The notes under the pieces: generated by a model
The model's input: only the letters and a program-made list of their open reading frames with translations
The model's database searches: none
What the model was told of the DNA's origin: nothing
IMG/VR virus record: IMGVR_UViG_3300021180_000017
Location: 1 to 50,546 of that record
Length of the DNA stretch: 50,546 nt
Source: a virus
Lineage: Duplodnaviria > Caudoviricetes
Strand: one strand, 5' to 3'
In this document: positions 9,956 through 19,802 of the stretch, one piece after another
Numbering within the stretch: position 1 is the stretch's first letter
Layout of the letters: every line of letters starts with the position of its first letter
Translations under genes and position numbers: made by a program

Positions 9956-10930
9956 TTAGCTAGGCAAAGCAGATTTGCTGGTTAGAATTGTAACAAGGTT
10001 CTCAGGGCGGTACAATTTGAAACCCCATTCTGCGATGGTGAGATACTCATCTTGCTGGAGATCTTTGTTGAACTCCGTATACACAGTCGGCATCTGACGG
10101 AACGCACCCACTATGGGACAGGTATCGCCAGTCGTCGCTGAGAAGAAGTAGTTACACACACCGTTCGTGACGGAGACGGAGTTGATGGTTTCAGATCCAG
10201 AACCAGCCGTACCCGGTAGGGGAAGGTAGTTCGAGATGTAGATATCAAATCCATAGACGTTGAATACAAACTTAAACCCAGAAATACCACCTGAGACTGT
10301 CAAGTCGGTCCATTTCTGGACAGGCGAAATCAGCGACACGAGGTTAGCCTGAGTCTGAAGCGTATACGCAACAGAGGGATCAACAACCGCTACGAGGTTA
10401 TTCAGCGGGACATTCGCCTTGACCAGACCGATCTGGGCTTTGACGAAATCCTGAAGAGTAATGGTCTGGTTGGTACCAGAAGCCACCCAACGGTGAGAAG
10501 CGTTGTTAATTGTATTGAGACCACTAAGGGTTTGACCCGCGTTCATCTTTGAGAAGATGTTCGTTTCGACGGCTTCCATCAACGCACGATGTTGACGTGG
10601 CACGAATGCCGCGATAACGTCTTGGGCGTAGAAAGAGTCGCGTTTGAACTTCTCTGAGATGGCGTTAGCTGAGTACTTGTAGGTGTCAAACGCGAACTGG
10701 AAGTTACCAGTATCCATTGCGTTGTATTTGACAGCCTGTCCTTCGTTGAAGTCTGCAGTCTCTGCAGCACCAATCGAGGGAATATTCAGAGTATAACCAT
10801 CCGGGAAATCGGAGATGATTCGGACAAACTTCATGGCATTCAGATCGTCTAGAAGTAACTCTTTGATCTGACGAGACCAAAGGTTAGTCCTAATAAGATT
10901 CTGATTATTTGAGTCGGTAAAACCGGCCAT
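9956..10930 (-). CDS. Major capsid protein
   Basis: 324 aa with LIRTNLWSRQIKELL, DFPDGYTLNIPSIG and WGFKLYRPENLV. Follows the scaffold gene. Confidence 0.88.
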   Translation of the reverse strand: MAGFTDSNNQNLIRTNLWSRQIKELLLDDLNAMKFVRIISDFPDGYTLNIPSIGAAETADFNEGQAVKYNAMDTGNFQFAFDTYKYSANAISEKFKRDSFYAQDVIAAFVPRQHRALMEAVETNIFSKMNAGQTLSGLNTINNASHRWVASGTNQTITLQDFVKAQIGLVKANVPLNNLVAVVDPSVAYTLQTQANLVSLISPVQKWTDLTVSGGISGFKFVFNVYGFDIYISNYLPLPGTAGSGSETINSVSVTNGVCNYFFSATTGDTCPIVGAFRQMPTVYTEFNKDLQQDEYLTIAEWGFKLYRPENLVTILTSKSALPS

Positions 10931-10984
10931 TTCAGTATCCTAGCGTTGACTGCTTGGAAGGAGCCAACATATTAGAGTTTTGTT

Positions 10985-11728
10985 TTATCCATAAAATGCC
11001 TTTTCGCCTAATTCTAGGACGTCATTCTGCATCTGGACAGCGGTTTTGGGATCTAACCACGCAGCAGGATCTTTCTTTTTAAGCGAGAGGTAGTAATTCC
11101 AATCTCGCTTCTCTCCACCTCTCGGTAAGAAACTGTCATTCCTTTGAGTTCTCGGGGGAGTCAGTTGATTCTGAGTCGTCTGCTGGTTGAGTCCTAACGT
11201 GTTGAAAAACGCCGTAGGAGACTTCTTAGCAAGACGATCGATGTCTTCTGCTGTTAGTTCTAATGATTCCATTTGTTCCTTAAGGACAGTCTGGTAATTA
11301 CTACCGAATTGTTCCTTTAGTTTTCGTTGAACCTGATTGAAATTCTCGGTCTCTTTATCTTGCTGTTTAGTCTGGACTATCTCAGTCTGGATAAGAGATT
11401 TGATTTCATTCATGTCAACAGCCGGCTTCTTCTCTAGATCATTCATCACGGGTGAGGGAGTATTATTATCTATCTTTGCAATCTCTAGTCGGTCTATGAG
11501 ATCCTGCAGTTTAGCCTGAGCCTTGCTTTCCTCGAGAACACGACGATAATCTGTGTTGATCTCGTCTTGTCTCTTCGTAAGCGTATCGATGTATACATCA
11601 GCCTCGAATTTACCACGTGCAAGGTCTTGCACTGTCTTAAACTTCTTGCCTTCTCCAACTAATTCGGAGAGGTAATCTTTATTCGGGTCTGATGCCGGGG
11701 CGGAGTTCTGGTCGAACAGCGTGTTCAT
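10985..11728 (-). CDS. Capsid scaffolding protein
   Basis: 247 aa, charged coiled coil with LVGEGKKFKTVQDLA motif, between portal and capsid. Confidence 0.75.
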   Translation of the reverse strand: MNTLFDQNSAPASDPNKDYLSELVGEGKKFKTVQDLARGKFEADVYIDTLTKRQDEINTDYRRVLEESKAQAKLQDLIDRLEIAKIDNNTPSPVMNDLEKKPAVDMNEIKSLIQTEIVQTKQQDKETENFNQVQRKLKEQFGSNYQTVLKEQMESLELTAEDIDRLAKKSPTAFFNTLGLNQQTTQNQLTPPRTQRNDSFLPRGGEKRDWNYYLSLKKKDPAAWLDPKTAVQMQNDVLELGEKAFYG

Positions 11729-11984
11729 TGTTATCCTTTATGTCAAGGTTTAGTAACGTTAAGTATTCATTAAGACAAGACATATACCCGTTGGCATGTG
11801 CCTGTCTGTAAGCCCAGTTAGGATTGTCGTATACCTTAGGACTTGTCTCTCTCAGAGAGAGATTATCTTTGTCTTTCTGGATGATTTCTTTCAATCTTTC
11901 CAGAATTAACGAAGAACGAAGGTCTTTTTCAAACGCCTTCTTGTCTTCTTCAGTCTTTAAGTGCTGGGTCCATGCACTGATCAT
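11679..11984 (-). CDS. Hypothetical head-module protein
   Basis: 101 aa with YDNPNWAYRQAHANGY. AAGGA SD upstream. Confidence 0.7.
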   Translation of the reverse strand: MISAWTQHLKTEEDKKAFEKDLRSSLILERLKEIIQKDKDNLSLRETSPKVYDNPNWAYRQAHANGYMSCLNEYLTLLNLDIKDNNEHAVRPELRPGIRPE

Positions 11985-11993
11985 TGTAATTCC

Positions 11994-12146
11994 TTAGTTA
12001 GGTTCTGTTCGTTCACCTGGACCTGGAGCTTTATTCTCGACTCCGTCGAGTTTACCCGCGACGTGTTTCTTGACTTTTTCTTTTCCTGGTTTAGGGAATG
12101 ACTCATGCATCTGATTCATTCCTTCCATTCCGGTATATCCTGGCAT
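11994..12146 (-). CDS. Small hypothetical protein (50 aa, below ORF-track cutoff)
   Basis: MPGYTGMEGMNQMHESFPKPGKEK. The ATG overlaps the portal stop and the ORF fills the gap exactly. Confidence 0.55.
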   Translation of the reverse strand: MPGYTGMEGMNQMHESFPKPGKEKVKKHVAGKLDGVENKAPGPGERTEPN

Positions 12147-14029
12147 TACTGTGTTCCTAATGTTCCTGTTGGAGTTGCGTTAGCTGGAGGATTACGTTGT
12201 AATCCAAAGCCAGGTCTAACGGGTTGGGGTGATTGTTGGGGAGGTTGGATACTCCCGTCAACGTCATAGTCGTGTCCTATACCTGTAGCCGTACCAGTCT
12301 CCTGATGGAGCTGTTCTTCCAACGCCTGGACTTGTCTCTGTCCATCAGCCTGTTCTGCCAAAGCGATGTACGGAGTCATGACGTTGTAGTCCTTTAAGTT
12401 AAAGACATCCTCGATGATCTTGGCTAACTTGATTGTACTGAAATGTGGTTGTACAGTCGGCCAAAGACCACTTCCTGTTAATGAAGTTAAATTCTGGATG
12501 AGTTCTGCCTGTTCGGCGAAATGTCTGGCTGCGACGGGTTTGATCCGTCCAATTCCTGTAATGTCTTGGACGGTAAGTGTCTGGAAAGTCGCCATCTTGA
12601 ATTCGTCGTCAAAGACACGAATGGCGGTTGTTCCTGTGAAATTCCTTCTAGACAATTCAAGCATGGCGTTAAGAAGTGGCTCAAGCATCTGTTCTTCGAA
12701 CTGTTTAATCTTGTTCTGAAAGACACGAGATGCGGCATTCTCTAATCTCTGGACTTCGTATTTAGTCTTCTCACCCGGAGAACGAAAGCCCATGGCTTCC
12801 TTGGGAGCTCCAGCCATCTCTTCCATAGTGTTGGCGAGATACCCGACCTCCATGTTACTTTGCATGATCTGGACGTCAGGTTGGACGAGTTCGACCTTGC
12901 CTTCATCTGACGTGAATATCTTCTCACCTGGTTGCCACGTATACTCGTCGACGAAGCCTGTAATCATCTGAACTGGATAAGTCACCAAATCCCAGATATC
13001 AGCCTTCATGTTCTCTACGTGGTCCATCCGGTATTGCATACCCACGAGGTTGTCCAGAGGACCCATTCCCCAAAGATTATCCTGCTTCTTTCGCCATGGC
13101 ACGTGATATATTGGTGCATAACCGAAGAAGCTGGCGTTAGGCACATTGTTGACCAACTTATGACGATCAACGATAGTGATGACACGGTTCTTCTCAAATT
13201 GATCGGTGTAATGATCATACCAGTCTCCGTAATAGGTCAGGACTTCTACGTAATCAGACTGGAGATAAGCCCGGAAGGATGAGAAACCATCCATCGCATA
13301 AAGACGATCCTTCTGACTCCAATCGCCAGAAAACGTCCTGGCGTGGAATCTGATCTTCTTCATGTAATCGTATAATTCTTGATACGTCTCTCTGTTTTCA
13401 TCGTTAGATAACTTCTCAAGCATAGCCCGGAGTTCACCCATCCCGATGATGGAACGGACGAACTTAGGAGATTCCAGGAAGTTTGGAGCCGTCGGGTTCA
13501 TCACGATATCTAACGGTGATATCCTACGAACACTTGGTCCGACGAAACCTACCTGAGTTCCGTCTTTTGTTTTTACTCGAAGATCCATCCACTCTACGGT
13601 GGCGAAGCAATTCCCGAAGTCGATGTAGTCTTCAATGATCTTATCCATCTCTTGCTTGAAGAGAATCTGGTCTGTACACCATCCGATATATGAAGTAATT
13701 GCGTTAGCCTTATCGACAGAGTTATCATCCTGCTGGTCTGCCAACCAAATCAACCACTGGGATTGTGTCGGGAAGAGTGTGGCTGTGTAGTTCGACATGA
13801 GATTGTCACGGATCTGACACAACTTCGGAATGGTAGTGCTATTCTTCCAGGGAGTCTGCGAAGACGTCGTCTGTTTCGTATCTGTGGCGTAGACGTACCT
13901 TCGGATTTCTTCCTTCTCGTTCTTCCAGATAGTTCTTAGTGTATCCCATTGGATAAACCTCTCAGTCAGACGTGTGGCAAGTAAGTCAGGAGATAGTATA
14001 TTTACGAGTTCTTCGACTTTACCAGTTAT
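12146..14029 (-). CDS. Portal protein (627 aa if started at ATA 14029)
   Basis: Podovirus portal motifs (DYIDFGNCFA, RISPLDIV, NLWGMGPLDNLVGMQYRMDH). The frame stays open 69 codons upstream of the listed TTG, to GGAG-N8-ATA. Confidence 0.88.
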   Translation of the reverse strand: MTGKVEELVNILSPDLLATRLTERFIQWDTLRTIWKNEKEEIRRYVYATDTKQTTSSQTPWKNSTTIPKLCQIRDNLMSNYTATLFPTQSQWLIWLADQQDDNSVDKANAITSYIGWCTDQILFKQEMDKIIEDYIDFGNCFATVEWMDLRVKTKDGTQVGFVGPSVRRISPLDIVMNPTAPNFLESPKFVRSIIGMGELRAMLEKLSNDENRETYQELYDYMKKIRFHARTFSGDWSQKDRLYAMDGFSSFRAYLQSDYVEVLTYYGDWYDHYTDQFEKNRVITIVDRHKLVNNVPNASFFGYAPIYHVPWRKKQDNLWGMGPLDNLVGMQYRMDHVENMKADIWDLVTYPVQMITGFVDEYTWQPGEKIFTSDEGKVELVQPDVQIMQSNMEVGYLANTMEEMAGAPKEAMGFRSPGEKTKYEVQRLENAASRVFQNKIKQFEEQMLEPLLNAMLELSRRNFTGTTAIRVFDDEFKMATFQTLTVQDITGIGRIKPVAARHFAEQAELIQNLTSLTGSGLWPTVQPHFSTIKLAKIIEDVFNLKDYNVMTPYIALAEQADGQRQVQALEEQLHQETGTATGIGHDYDVDGSIQPPQQSPQPVRPGFGLQRNPPANATPTGTLGTQ

Positions 14030-14050
14030 GACACATACTCCAAAGTTTCG

Positions 14051-15622
14051 TCACGCGACGCCGCCGTATCTAGAATGAAATTGAAATGAATTAGGTTTAT
14101 CCGCCACTGCTCTGTACATATTCAACGGAGGTACTGCGAAATCAACCGCCGCAGAAAGGGCGTCTTTGATGTCGTCATGGGGAGGTTTCTGGTAGAGGAG
14201 TTCTTCTTCAAGTAGTTGGGTATTTCCTGATTGGTAATGCCATATCTGACGATTGGCGTACTTAGGTTCGAGAATAGTAAGGATACGTTCTTCCTTCGTT
14301 CCTTGCCAACGTGAAGGTGAAGACTCGTCGATAGCAAGACTCAACCCGTACTTCCGGATGTAATTCTCTTTCAGGTCTTTCACAATGACTGACTGGGCTG
14401 CCGTGATTTCACAACGGATCTTACGGTACCCCCATTTATTGTAAGTCGCGAGAATATGATTGAAGTACTCGGATATCTTATCCGTCTTAAACCGATCTAT
14501 CTCAAGGATGTAATAATTATTAGTGCCGTCGACACCGATGACGACAATACTCGTACTGTCCGATCTGTTTGCAGTCGTGTACGCGAAGTCAATCGCGGCT
14601 ACGACGTTGAGGCGTTCTCGTTTGAAAAACCACTGTCCGTCTTTACGTCCTAGGTAATTGCTGTCGTAGTACTGGAATTGATCTCTCTTGATCGGGGCGG
14701 AATCTACGTCTTGAGGGTTGTTGTAGTATTGAGCCCTGAAGTGAACCTTGTTATCGAATTTGCTTCTCTTCTCGGCAAGAACCTTCTCGTCGAAGCCATA
14801 CCACTTCCCGTCTGGGTTACGTGACCGTGGCCAGAGGAATTGTCCTGTTCCATCCCCGGCTGTTTCAACTTCCCGTTGAAAAACATCAAACAGTGGTTCA
14901 GACTTCTTGATATTTCCGAATTCATCATACTCGTCGACTTCCATCTCCATCAGGTTGGAATACAAGTCCAACGGATGGTATCTAGTCCCTACGACCCATT
15001 CTTGAGACCCGACTCCTTCGACTGCCGTGAGATACCCGTACTGTGCAAGAACCTTCGCACGAGTGTCTTCGAGGTAAGCGTTGTTAACCACAACGACGTC
15101 ATCAAGAACAGTAATATCTGAGTGAAGACCAACAATATTAGAGGTAAGACCCGCAGTAAATATGGAGGGGTCGCGGATAGCATCAGCCTTCCTTTGTGGG
15201 TGATCGACGGAGATTTCCCGTTGTGTCCATTGTTCTCGTTTGGCCTCTTCTGATAGAACCATGTCAGGCCAATACAACCTGTAGTTATCCGAAGTAAGAA
15301 TATCTTTTATGAACTTCAACTGTTTGACAGCAAGGTTACTTGTGCTTGAGATATACAGGATGCGCAAAGAAGGGTTCTTAGTAAGTTCCCATGCACATCT
15401 GTACGCTACCAACGCAGACTTCATGTGGTCTCGAGGCAGAAGAAGTAACTGATGAGACTTCTTACTCGAAGAAGTCCACCAGGATATTACTTCCCTGTGG
15501 ATATTACCCAACCAACGACGTGGATGGACTAACTTGATGAATTCCTCTAAGTCTGACTCAGCGAGGAGACGTCTGGCGTCTCTGGCTGCCTCTACGTCAG
15601 ATTTCTTTTTTCGGCCTGCCAC
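14051..15622 (-). CDS. terL: Terminase large subunit
   Basis: Walker A-like LLPRDHMKS, Walker B ITVLDDVV, coupling motif VGTRYH, nuclease AAIDFA and C-terminal HDDIKDA. GTG start. Confidence 0.93.
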   Translation of the reverse strand: MAGRKKKSDVEAARDARRLLAESDLEEFIKLVHPRRWLGNIHREVISWWTSSSKKSHQLLLLPRDHMKSALVAYRCAWELTKNPSLRILYISSTSNLAVKQLKFIKDILTSDNYRLYWPDMVLSEEAKREQWTQREISVDHPQRKADAIRDPSIFTAGLTSNIVGLHSDITVLDDVVVVNNAYLEDTRAKVLAQYGYLTAVEGVGSQEWVVGTRYHPLDLYSNLMEMEVDEYDEFGNIKKSEPLFDVFQREVETAGDGTGQFLWPRSRNPDGKWYGFDEKVLAEKRSKFDNKVHFRAQYYNNPQDVDSAPIKRDQFQYYDSNYLGRKDGQWFFKRERLNVVAAIDFAYTTANRSDSTSIVVIGVDGTNNYYILEIDRFKTDKISEYFNHILATYNKWGYRKIRCEITAAQSVIVKDLKENYIRKYGLSLAIDESSPSRWQGTKEERILTILEPKYANRQIWHYQSGNTQLLEEELLYQKPPHDDIKDALSAAVDFAVPPLNMYRAVADKPNSFQFHSRYGGVA

Positions 15623-15716
15623 CTAGTTGTCCTAGTGTTTTAGCATGTTTGGAGATGCTTGCTGGTTTTTGTTTGGTAACAACAGTATGCTTGCTGGTTT
15701 TAGGTCTTGGAGTCAT
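15597..15716 (-). CDS. Small basic peptide (39 aa) overlapping the terL start
   Basis: MTPRPKTSKHTVVTKQKPASISKHAKTLGQLGGRPKKEI. Fills the gap between genes, but the SD is weak. Confidence 0.4.
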   Translation of the reverse strand: MTPRPKTSKHTVVTKQKPASISKHAKTLGQLGGRPKKEI

Positions 15717-15728
15717 CGTGCTTGCTGG

Positions 15729-16943
15729 TTATTTCTTTTTAGGGTTCCAACGTGTATTGGCGGCTACCGTGGCGATGTTCGTTCTTTGTTTAGCTGATAA
15801 TGCTGCTGCTCTGGCGTGTCCACCTAGTTTAGACAGAACTGCCGCTGCTTTTCGGACATCCTCTGGAGTGACGTGTCTTTCAGGAGGTTGTTTCCTGATG
15901 ATACTTTCGTGTTCTTCCCGCCACTTCCCTTCACGTCCTCCGAAGATTAATACAGGAGGTGGTGTAACAGGAGTTAGTAACGGAACCTGATTGACAAAAA
16001 AGACATCAGGTCTTGGAGGAGAAACCGGAACCGGCCAATCGTAATTGATTGGCGGTAAAGGCGTGATTGCAACCTTCAGACTTGGATTAAACCAAAATCC
16101 ATCGATAGGTTGAGGTGTTCTAGGATTAGGCCAGTCGTATTGATTATGAGGCAGATTAGCCGGAGGCTGTACCTGCTGGACCCAAATCCAAGTTTCGTCT
16201 AGTCTTGGAGGTTGTCCCGGAAGGGGCCAACTATACTGATTAAACGGAAAGGCAGTTTCAGTCTCTGGGAAGTACCAGACCCATGTTTCATCAGGTCTTG
16301 GATATTGTCCAGGTAAAGACCAATCGTATTGGTTCTTGCCCATCACTGGCGGAGGGATATTCGCCGGTGTTGTAGTCGTACTCCACGTCTGATCTAGACG
16401 GAAAGGCTGTATCGGTAGTGACCAGTCGTAATTGTTATTCGGATGAAAGAACTGGAACGGCGGAAGGTTATTCCCCGCTTCTACCCAAGTCGCATCTATT
16501 CTGTAATTAGGAATAGGCAGCGGCCAATCAGTCTGCCTAAACGGTTGGTTTAGTAAGAAGTTATTACCAGATTCTACCCAGGTCTGGTCGATACGGAATG
16601 GTTGGACTGGGTTAGGCCAGTCGTACTGGTTCTTACCCATAACCGGAGGTGGTATACTTCCGGGTGTTCTACTCCAAATCCATGTCTCGTCTAATCTAGA
16701 CGGTTGAACAGGAAGTGGCCAGTCTTGTTGTCTTAGAATTAAGAAACTAAGTAACGGAGGGAAGTTATTCCCTGACTCCATCCAAGTCTCATCGAGACGA
16801 TTAGGAGGAGTCGGTAACGGCCAATCTTGTTGATTAAACGGTTTAACCGGAGGAGGAACACTCGCCGGTATTTCCGTCGTTATCGTCAGAGGACTCCAAA
16901 CAACCGTATTCGGATTAGTATATAACGGTGCTCGGAATGTCAT
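15729..16943 (-). CDS. Pro/Trp-rich repeat protein with basic C-terminal helix
   Basis: Nine copies of about NQYDWPLPxxPxRxDxTW, then LSKLGGHARAAALSAKQRTNIATVAANTRW. Confidence 0.85.
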   Translation of the reverse strand: MTFRAPLYTNPNTVVWSPLTITTEIPASVPPPVKPFNQQDWPLPTPPNRLDETWMESGNNFPPLLSFLILRQQDWPLPVQPSRLDETWIWSRTPGSIPPPVMGKNQYDWPNPVQPFRIDQTWVESGNNFLLNQPFRQTDWPLPIPNYRIDATWVEAGNNLPPFQFFHPNNNYDWSLPIQPFRLDQTWSTTTTPANIPPPVMGKNQYDWSLPGQYPRPDETWVWYFPETETAFPFNQYSWPLPGQPPRLDETWIWVQQVQPPANLPHNQYDWPNPRTPQPIDGFWFNPSLKVAITPLPPINYDWPVPVSPPRPDVFFVNQVPLLTPVTPPPVLIFGGREGKWREEHESIIRKQPPERHVTPEDVRKAAAVLSKLGGHARAAALSAKQRTNIATVAANTRWNPKKK

Positions 16944-16944
16944 G

Positions 16945-17733
16945 TTACAACATTATTTGTGGATAAAGAATATCCGTAATAGGAGAACTCAGAAAACTAA
17001 GGTCAAACGTGTGCGGATACCAGAAGGACCAAGGATCCATCCCCCATCGGAAAAGTTCAGGGACCGACAAAAACGCCGTCGAGAACATCACCGCACTCAT
17101 GTCCCCCAAGGTCGGTAGACCGAACGGGATGATGTTGCCAACTTCGTAAGTGCCGTTCGGCGCTGTGGGGGCAGAGATGGTGAACGCAGTCGCTGTATTA
17201 AAATTTCCGTTTGAAAGATTAACTACGACCGCGTTGGCTTTCGTTCCGTTGATGCTGACGGCCAGAAAGAAAGGAATGCCGGGAGTGTTCGTGAAGGCGA
17301 AGTTTTGCCAAGGAATAGTGGTGTTGGTGCTTGCACAGCGGACAAACAATGGCCCCGTGCCGCATCCCAAAAAAGCCCCCGCGTCGGTCGTGCTGGTTCC
17401 TAATAATGCTTGATTGGTGCTGATCGATGTAAATTTGGCAATGCACGCCAGAGTTATCGTTTGATCGTTCGTTGTCGGGTTGCCGCTGAATGTCCAAGCA
17501 TCTGTCGAACTGCTGAATTTGCAAGCGGGACCGAGCTGGCTATCTATCAGGGAAGTTGGTGTACCAGCCTTCGCACCGGCCTTCCCAGTCAACAAATTGG
17601 TAAAAGCACCCCCACTCGCGATTGCCGAAAGGCGAACTGTGGCACCTTTCACCGCCAAATGCGTTGGATCAAACCCCGGATTGCCACCGGGGAATGCGAA
17701 CGGTGAAAGCCGCTTAAGGAGTACGCGCGCCAT
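16945..17733 (-). CDS. Putative concanavalin A / LamG-like beta-sandwich structural protein
   Basis: 262 aa with alternating beta pattern (ITLACIAKF, FFLAVSING, YEVGN) and C-terminal DPWSFW. Confidence 0.55.
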   Translation of the reverse strand: MARVLLKRLSPFAFPGGNPGFDPTHLAVKGATVRLSAIASGGAFTNLLTGKAGAKAGTPTSLIDSQLGPACKFSSSTDAWTFSGNPTTNDQTITLACIAKFTSISTNQALLGTSTTDAGAFLGCGTGPLFVRCASTNTTIPWQNFAFTNTPGIPFFLAVSINGTKANAVVVNLSNGNFNTATAFTISAPTAPNGTYEVGNIIPFGLPTLGDMSAVMFSTAFLSVPELFRWGMDPWSFWYPHTFDLSFLSSPITDILYPQIML

Positions 17734-18221
17734 TAACTGGTCTGCAAATTATAGGTCTTGTACTTGACTGTCTGCGTGCCGCTCGTCAGCGTGAAGCCTG
17801 AGTTGTTCTGGATTGCAACCCGGAACGATCCAGGAGGAATAATGATCTGCTGGGCAAATCCATACATGTTAGTTGTGGCCGCAACAGCTGGGATTCCGAC
17901 CGTGGCGCACGGCGGAAATGCTGGTGTCAAGCTCGCTGCCGTACCATTGGTAAATTGATTGTCGCCATAATGCGTTCCATCCTCATTGAGAGCATAAATC
18001 CAGAATGCAAAATTAGCACCCGCTACAACCGTGCTCGACGCAATTGCCAATAGGTACGATATGTCCATGAACATATCTAGGTTAGTGCCGTTGGTGATAT
18101 CCGAGACACTTGAAACAACAGTCTGCCCGTTAGTCATGCTCGCCATGTCGGCAGAGTTGATAAGCGTTGTCCACGTAAGGCCAGCGCCATTACCTGCAAT
18201 CCATTGTGCATGAGTCGTCAT
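17733..18221 (-). CDS. Hypothetical beta-rich structural protein
   Basis: 162 aa ending IIIPPGSFRVAIQNNSGFTL. Translationally coupled to its neighbours. Confidence 0.7.
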   Translation of the reverse strand: MTTHAQWIAGNGAGLTWTTLINSADMASMTNGQTVVSSVSDITNGTNLDMFMDISYLLAIASSTVVAGANFAFWIYALNEDGTHYGDNQFTNGTAASLTPAFPPCATVGIPAVAATTNMYGFAQQIIIPPGSFRVAIQNNSGFTLTSGTQTVKYKTYNLQTS

Positions 18222-18691
18222 GTTAAACCAGCCGCCTGTGTATCAGAAAGAGAAACTGGACCGTTAAGTCCTGCTCCGCCTTGAGCAACCGTAGCTTGCC
18301 AGAATGGCAATGCACCGGGAGCAAATGCGGAAAGATTTGTAATTGTTGCCCCGCCAGAAGGAAAATAAGCGACGATCATACCGTCTGCGAATAATGCAAG
18401 TTCACCTGCGCTACTACCGACAGATATCGGTCCTTGAATTGCAAGGAGTGCCCTGACGTCTAATTGTTGGGATGCTGATAAAGCAGCATATTCCGACCAC
18501 TTAATGCAACTAGCGATTTGATTCGCTGTAATTGTATAAGAAGCCGGAATAGTAACTGTAACAGTCCAACCATTTACTGCCGCAATCTTCTGCGCAGTAG
18601 TCATACCGCCATTTAAAGCTGTTCCAACTACGCCGGTAGGGGGCTGTGTGCCCCCGTTCCAAGCATTGATTAAAGCAGTATAGTAAGCCAT
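18218..18691 (-). CDS. Hypothetical protein
   Basis: 157 aa, Ala/Gly-rich, with start/stop overlaps on both sides. Confidence 0.7.
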   Translation of the reverse strand: MAYYTALINAWNGGTQPPTGVVGTALNGGMTTAQKIAAVNGWTVTVTIPASYTITANQIASCIKWSEYAALSASQQLDVRALLAIQGPISVGSSAGELALFADGMIVAYFPSGGATITNLSAFAPGALPFWQATVAQGGAGLNGPVSLSDTQAAGLT

Positions 18692-19206
18692 TAGTACGGC
18701 TCGTACATGATGTGGGCGTTGGCAGAAGCCGTGGCGCCACCGCCGGTAGACGAGTTGAAGAGCAGGAATGAACCTGTGCTGGCTGCGTTACCGATGATCT
18801 GAACCTGTTGGGTAGGAGCGGCGTTCCAGCGGATGATACCGCCGAAGGCATTCATACCTAGGTTGAGTTTAGGAAGTGTGGCGGAGTTACTCGCCTGAGG
18901 ACCTGTCGCCGCTGCGACGTAAGTCGTAACGGTGGTAGACAACGCCGTAGCGTTGGCAACCAACGGACCGTCGGAGTTAGGCGTAGCCAAAGCAGTCGGA
19001 GTCGTCGGGGCTGTACTTGCAGGAGAGAAAGTAAAGGCCGCGACGGTAGAGGCCGAGGCAAAGCCAGAGACAAGAATCTCCAGGACGTCAACGACTTGCG
19101 TCGAAGCACCACCCTGGATACCCATGTACGTAGCGTTGGTGAGAGTTGCGGCAGTAGCCTGAGCTGTCCAAGACTGAGCCTGTGCCGTAAATAAGCGTTT
19201 AGCCAT
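18691..19206 (-). CDS. Hypothetical Ala/Thr-rich structural protein
   Basis: 171 aa with AAGG SD and host-like codon use. Confidence 0.75.
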   Translation of the reverse strand: MAKRLFTAQAQSWTAQATAATLTNATYMGIQGGASTQVVDVLEILVSGFASASTVAAFTFSPASTAPTTPTALATPNSDGPLVANATALSTTVTTYVAAATGPQASNSATLPKLNLGMNAFGGIIRWNAAPTQQVQIIGNAASTGSFLLFNSSTGGGATASANAHIMYEPY

Positions 19207-19209
19207 AGT

Positions 19210-19494
19210 TTACCTTATGTTTATAGAATCGTATAGTTCTTGATTCTTCTGTTGATATGTTTTGTGGGTATAATCTGGAAGCTTCATTTCTAAAGCACAG
19301 GTGTCACAGATGTACATGTACCCACATTTTGCACAATCTGCTCTATCTCGGGTTCTACCCGGATTCTTAATTTGCATAGAATTACAATGAGCGCATTGTA
19401 ATACGGCGGCTTCTAGGAGGGTTCCGCCGGGGACTACGTCCGTACCTGGAGAGGCACGGTGGTCCACCATGATGTAACCTTCGTGGGCTTTCAT
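19210..19494 (-). CDS. Cys-rich putative zinc-binding protein
   Basis: Three CxxC pairs (CAHC, CAKC, CDTC). Confidence 0.7.
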   Translation of the reverse strand: MKAHEGYIMVDHRASPGTDVVPGGTLLEAAVLQCAHCNSMQIKNPGRTRDRADCAKCGYMYICDTCALEMKLPDYTHKTYQQKNQELYDSINIR

Positions 19495-19802
19495 TACGCA
19501 GGCGCCGTAATTGCCGAGACCTTCAATCCAGAAGAGAAAGGGATCTGGAAGTCAAGGACTTGTCCGGCAGAAAGACGAAGATTCTGTCCTGCGACTGCCG
19601 TCGGGTTAGTCCCGAAAAGGATGTTAGCTACGCCGTCGACTGTTATTCTGACACAACGTGTGTTATTCTGGAAGGCAGCTGACTGTCCGGCGGTACCCGT
19701 GAAGGTAACGTGTTGGTCTGTATTGGCGGGTTCCATCGGGATGGATTGTCCTGACGTGTAATTCCCGGAGTCGCCGTACTCACGGATGTATAGGATGCTC
19801 AT
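19494..19802 (-). CDS. Hypothetical beta-rich protein
   Basis: 102 aa, coupled to both neighbours. Confidence 0.7.
   Translation of the reverse strand: MSILYIREYGDSGNYTSGQSIPMEPANTDQHVTFTGTAGQSAAFQNNTRCVRITVDGVANILFGTNPTAVAGQNLRLSAGQVLDFQIPFSSGLKVSAITAPA

Noticed and set aside
15729-16943. Repeats as diversity-generating retroelement TR/VR pairs
   Set aside because: No reverse transcriptase in the genome, and the repeats are conserved at protein level without adenine-specific variation.
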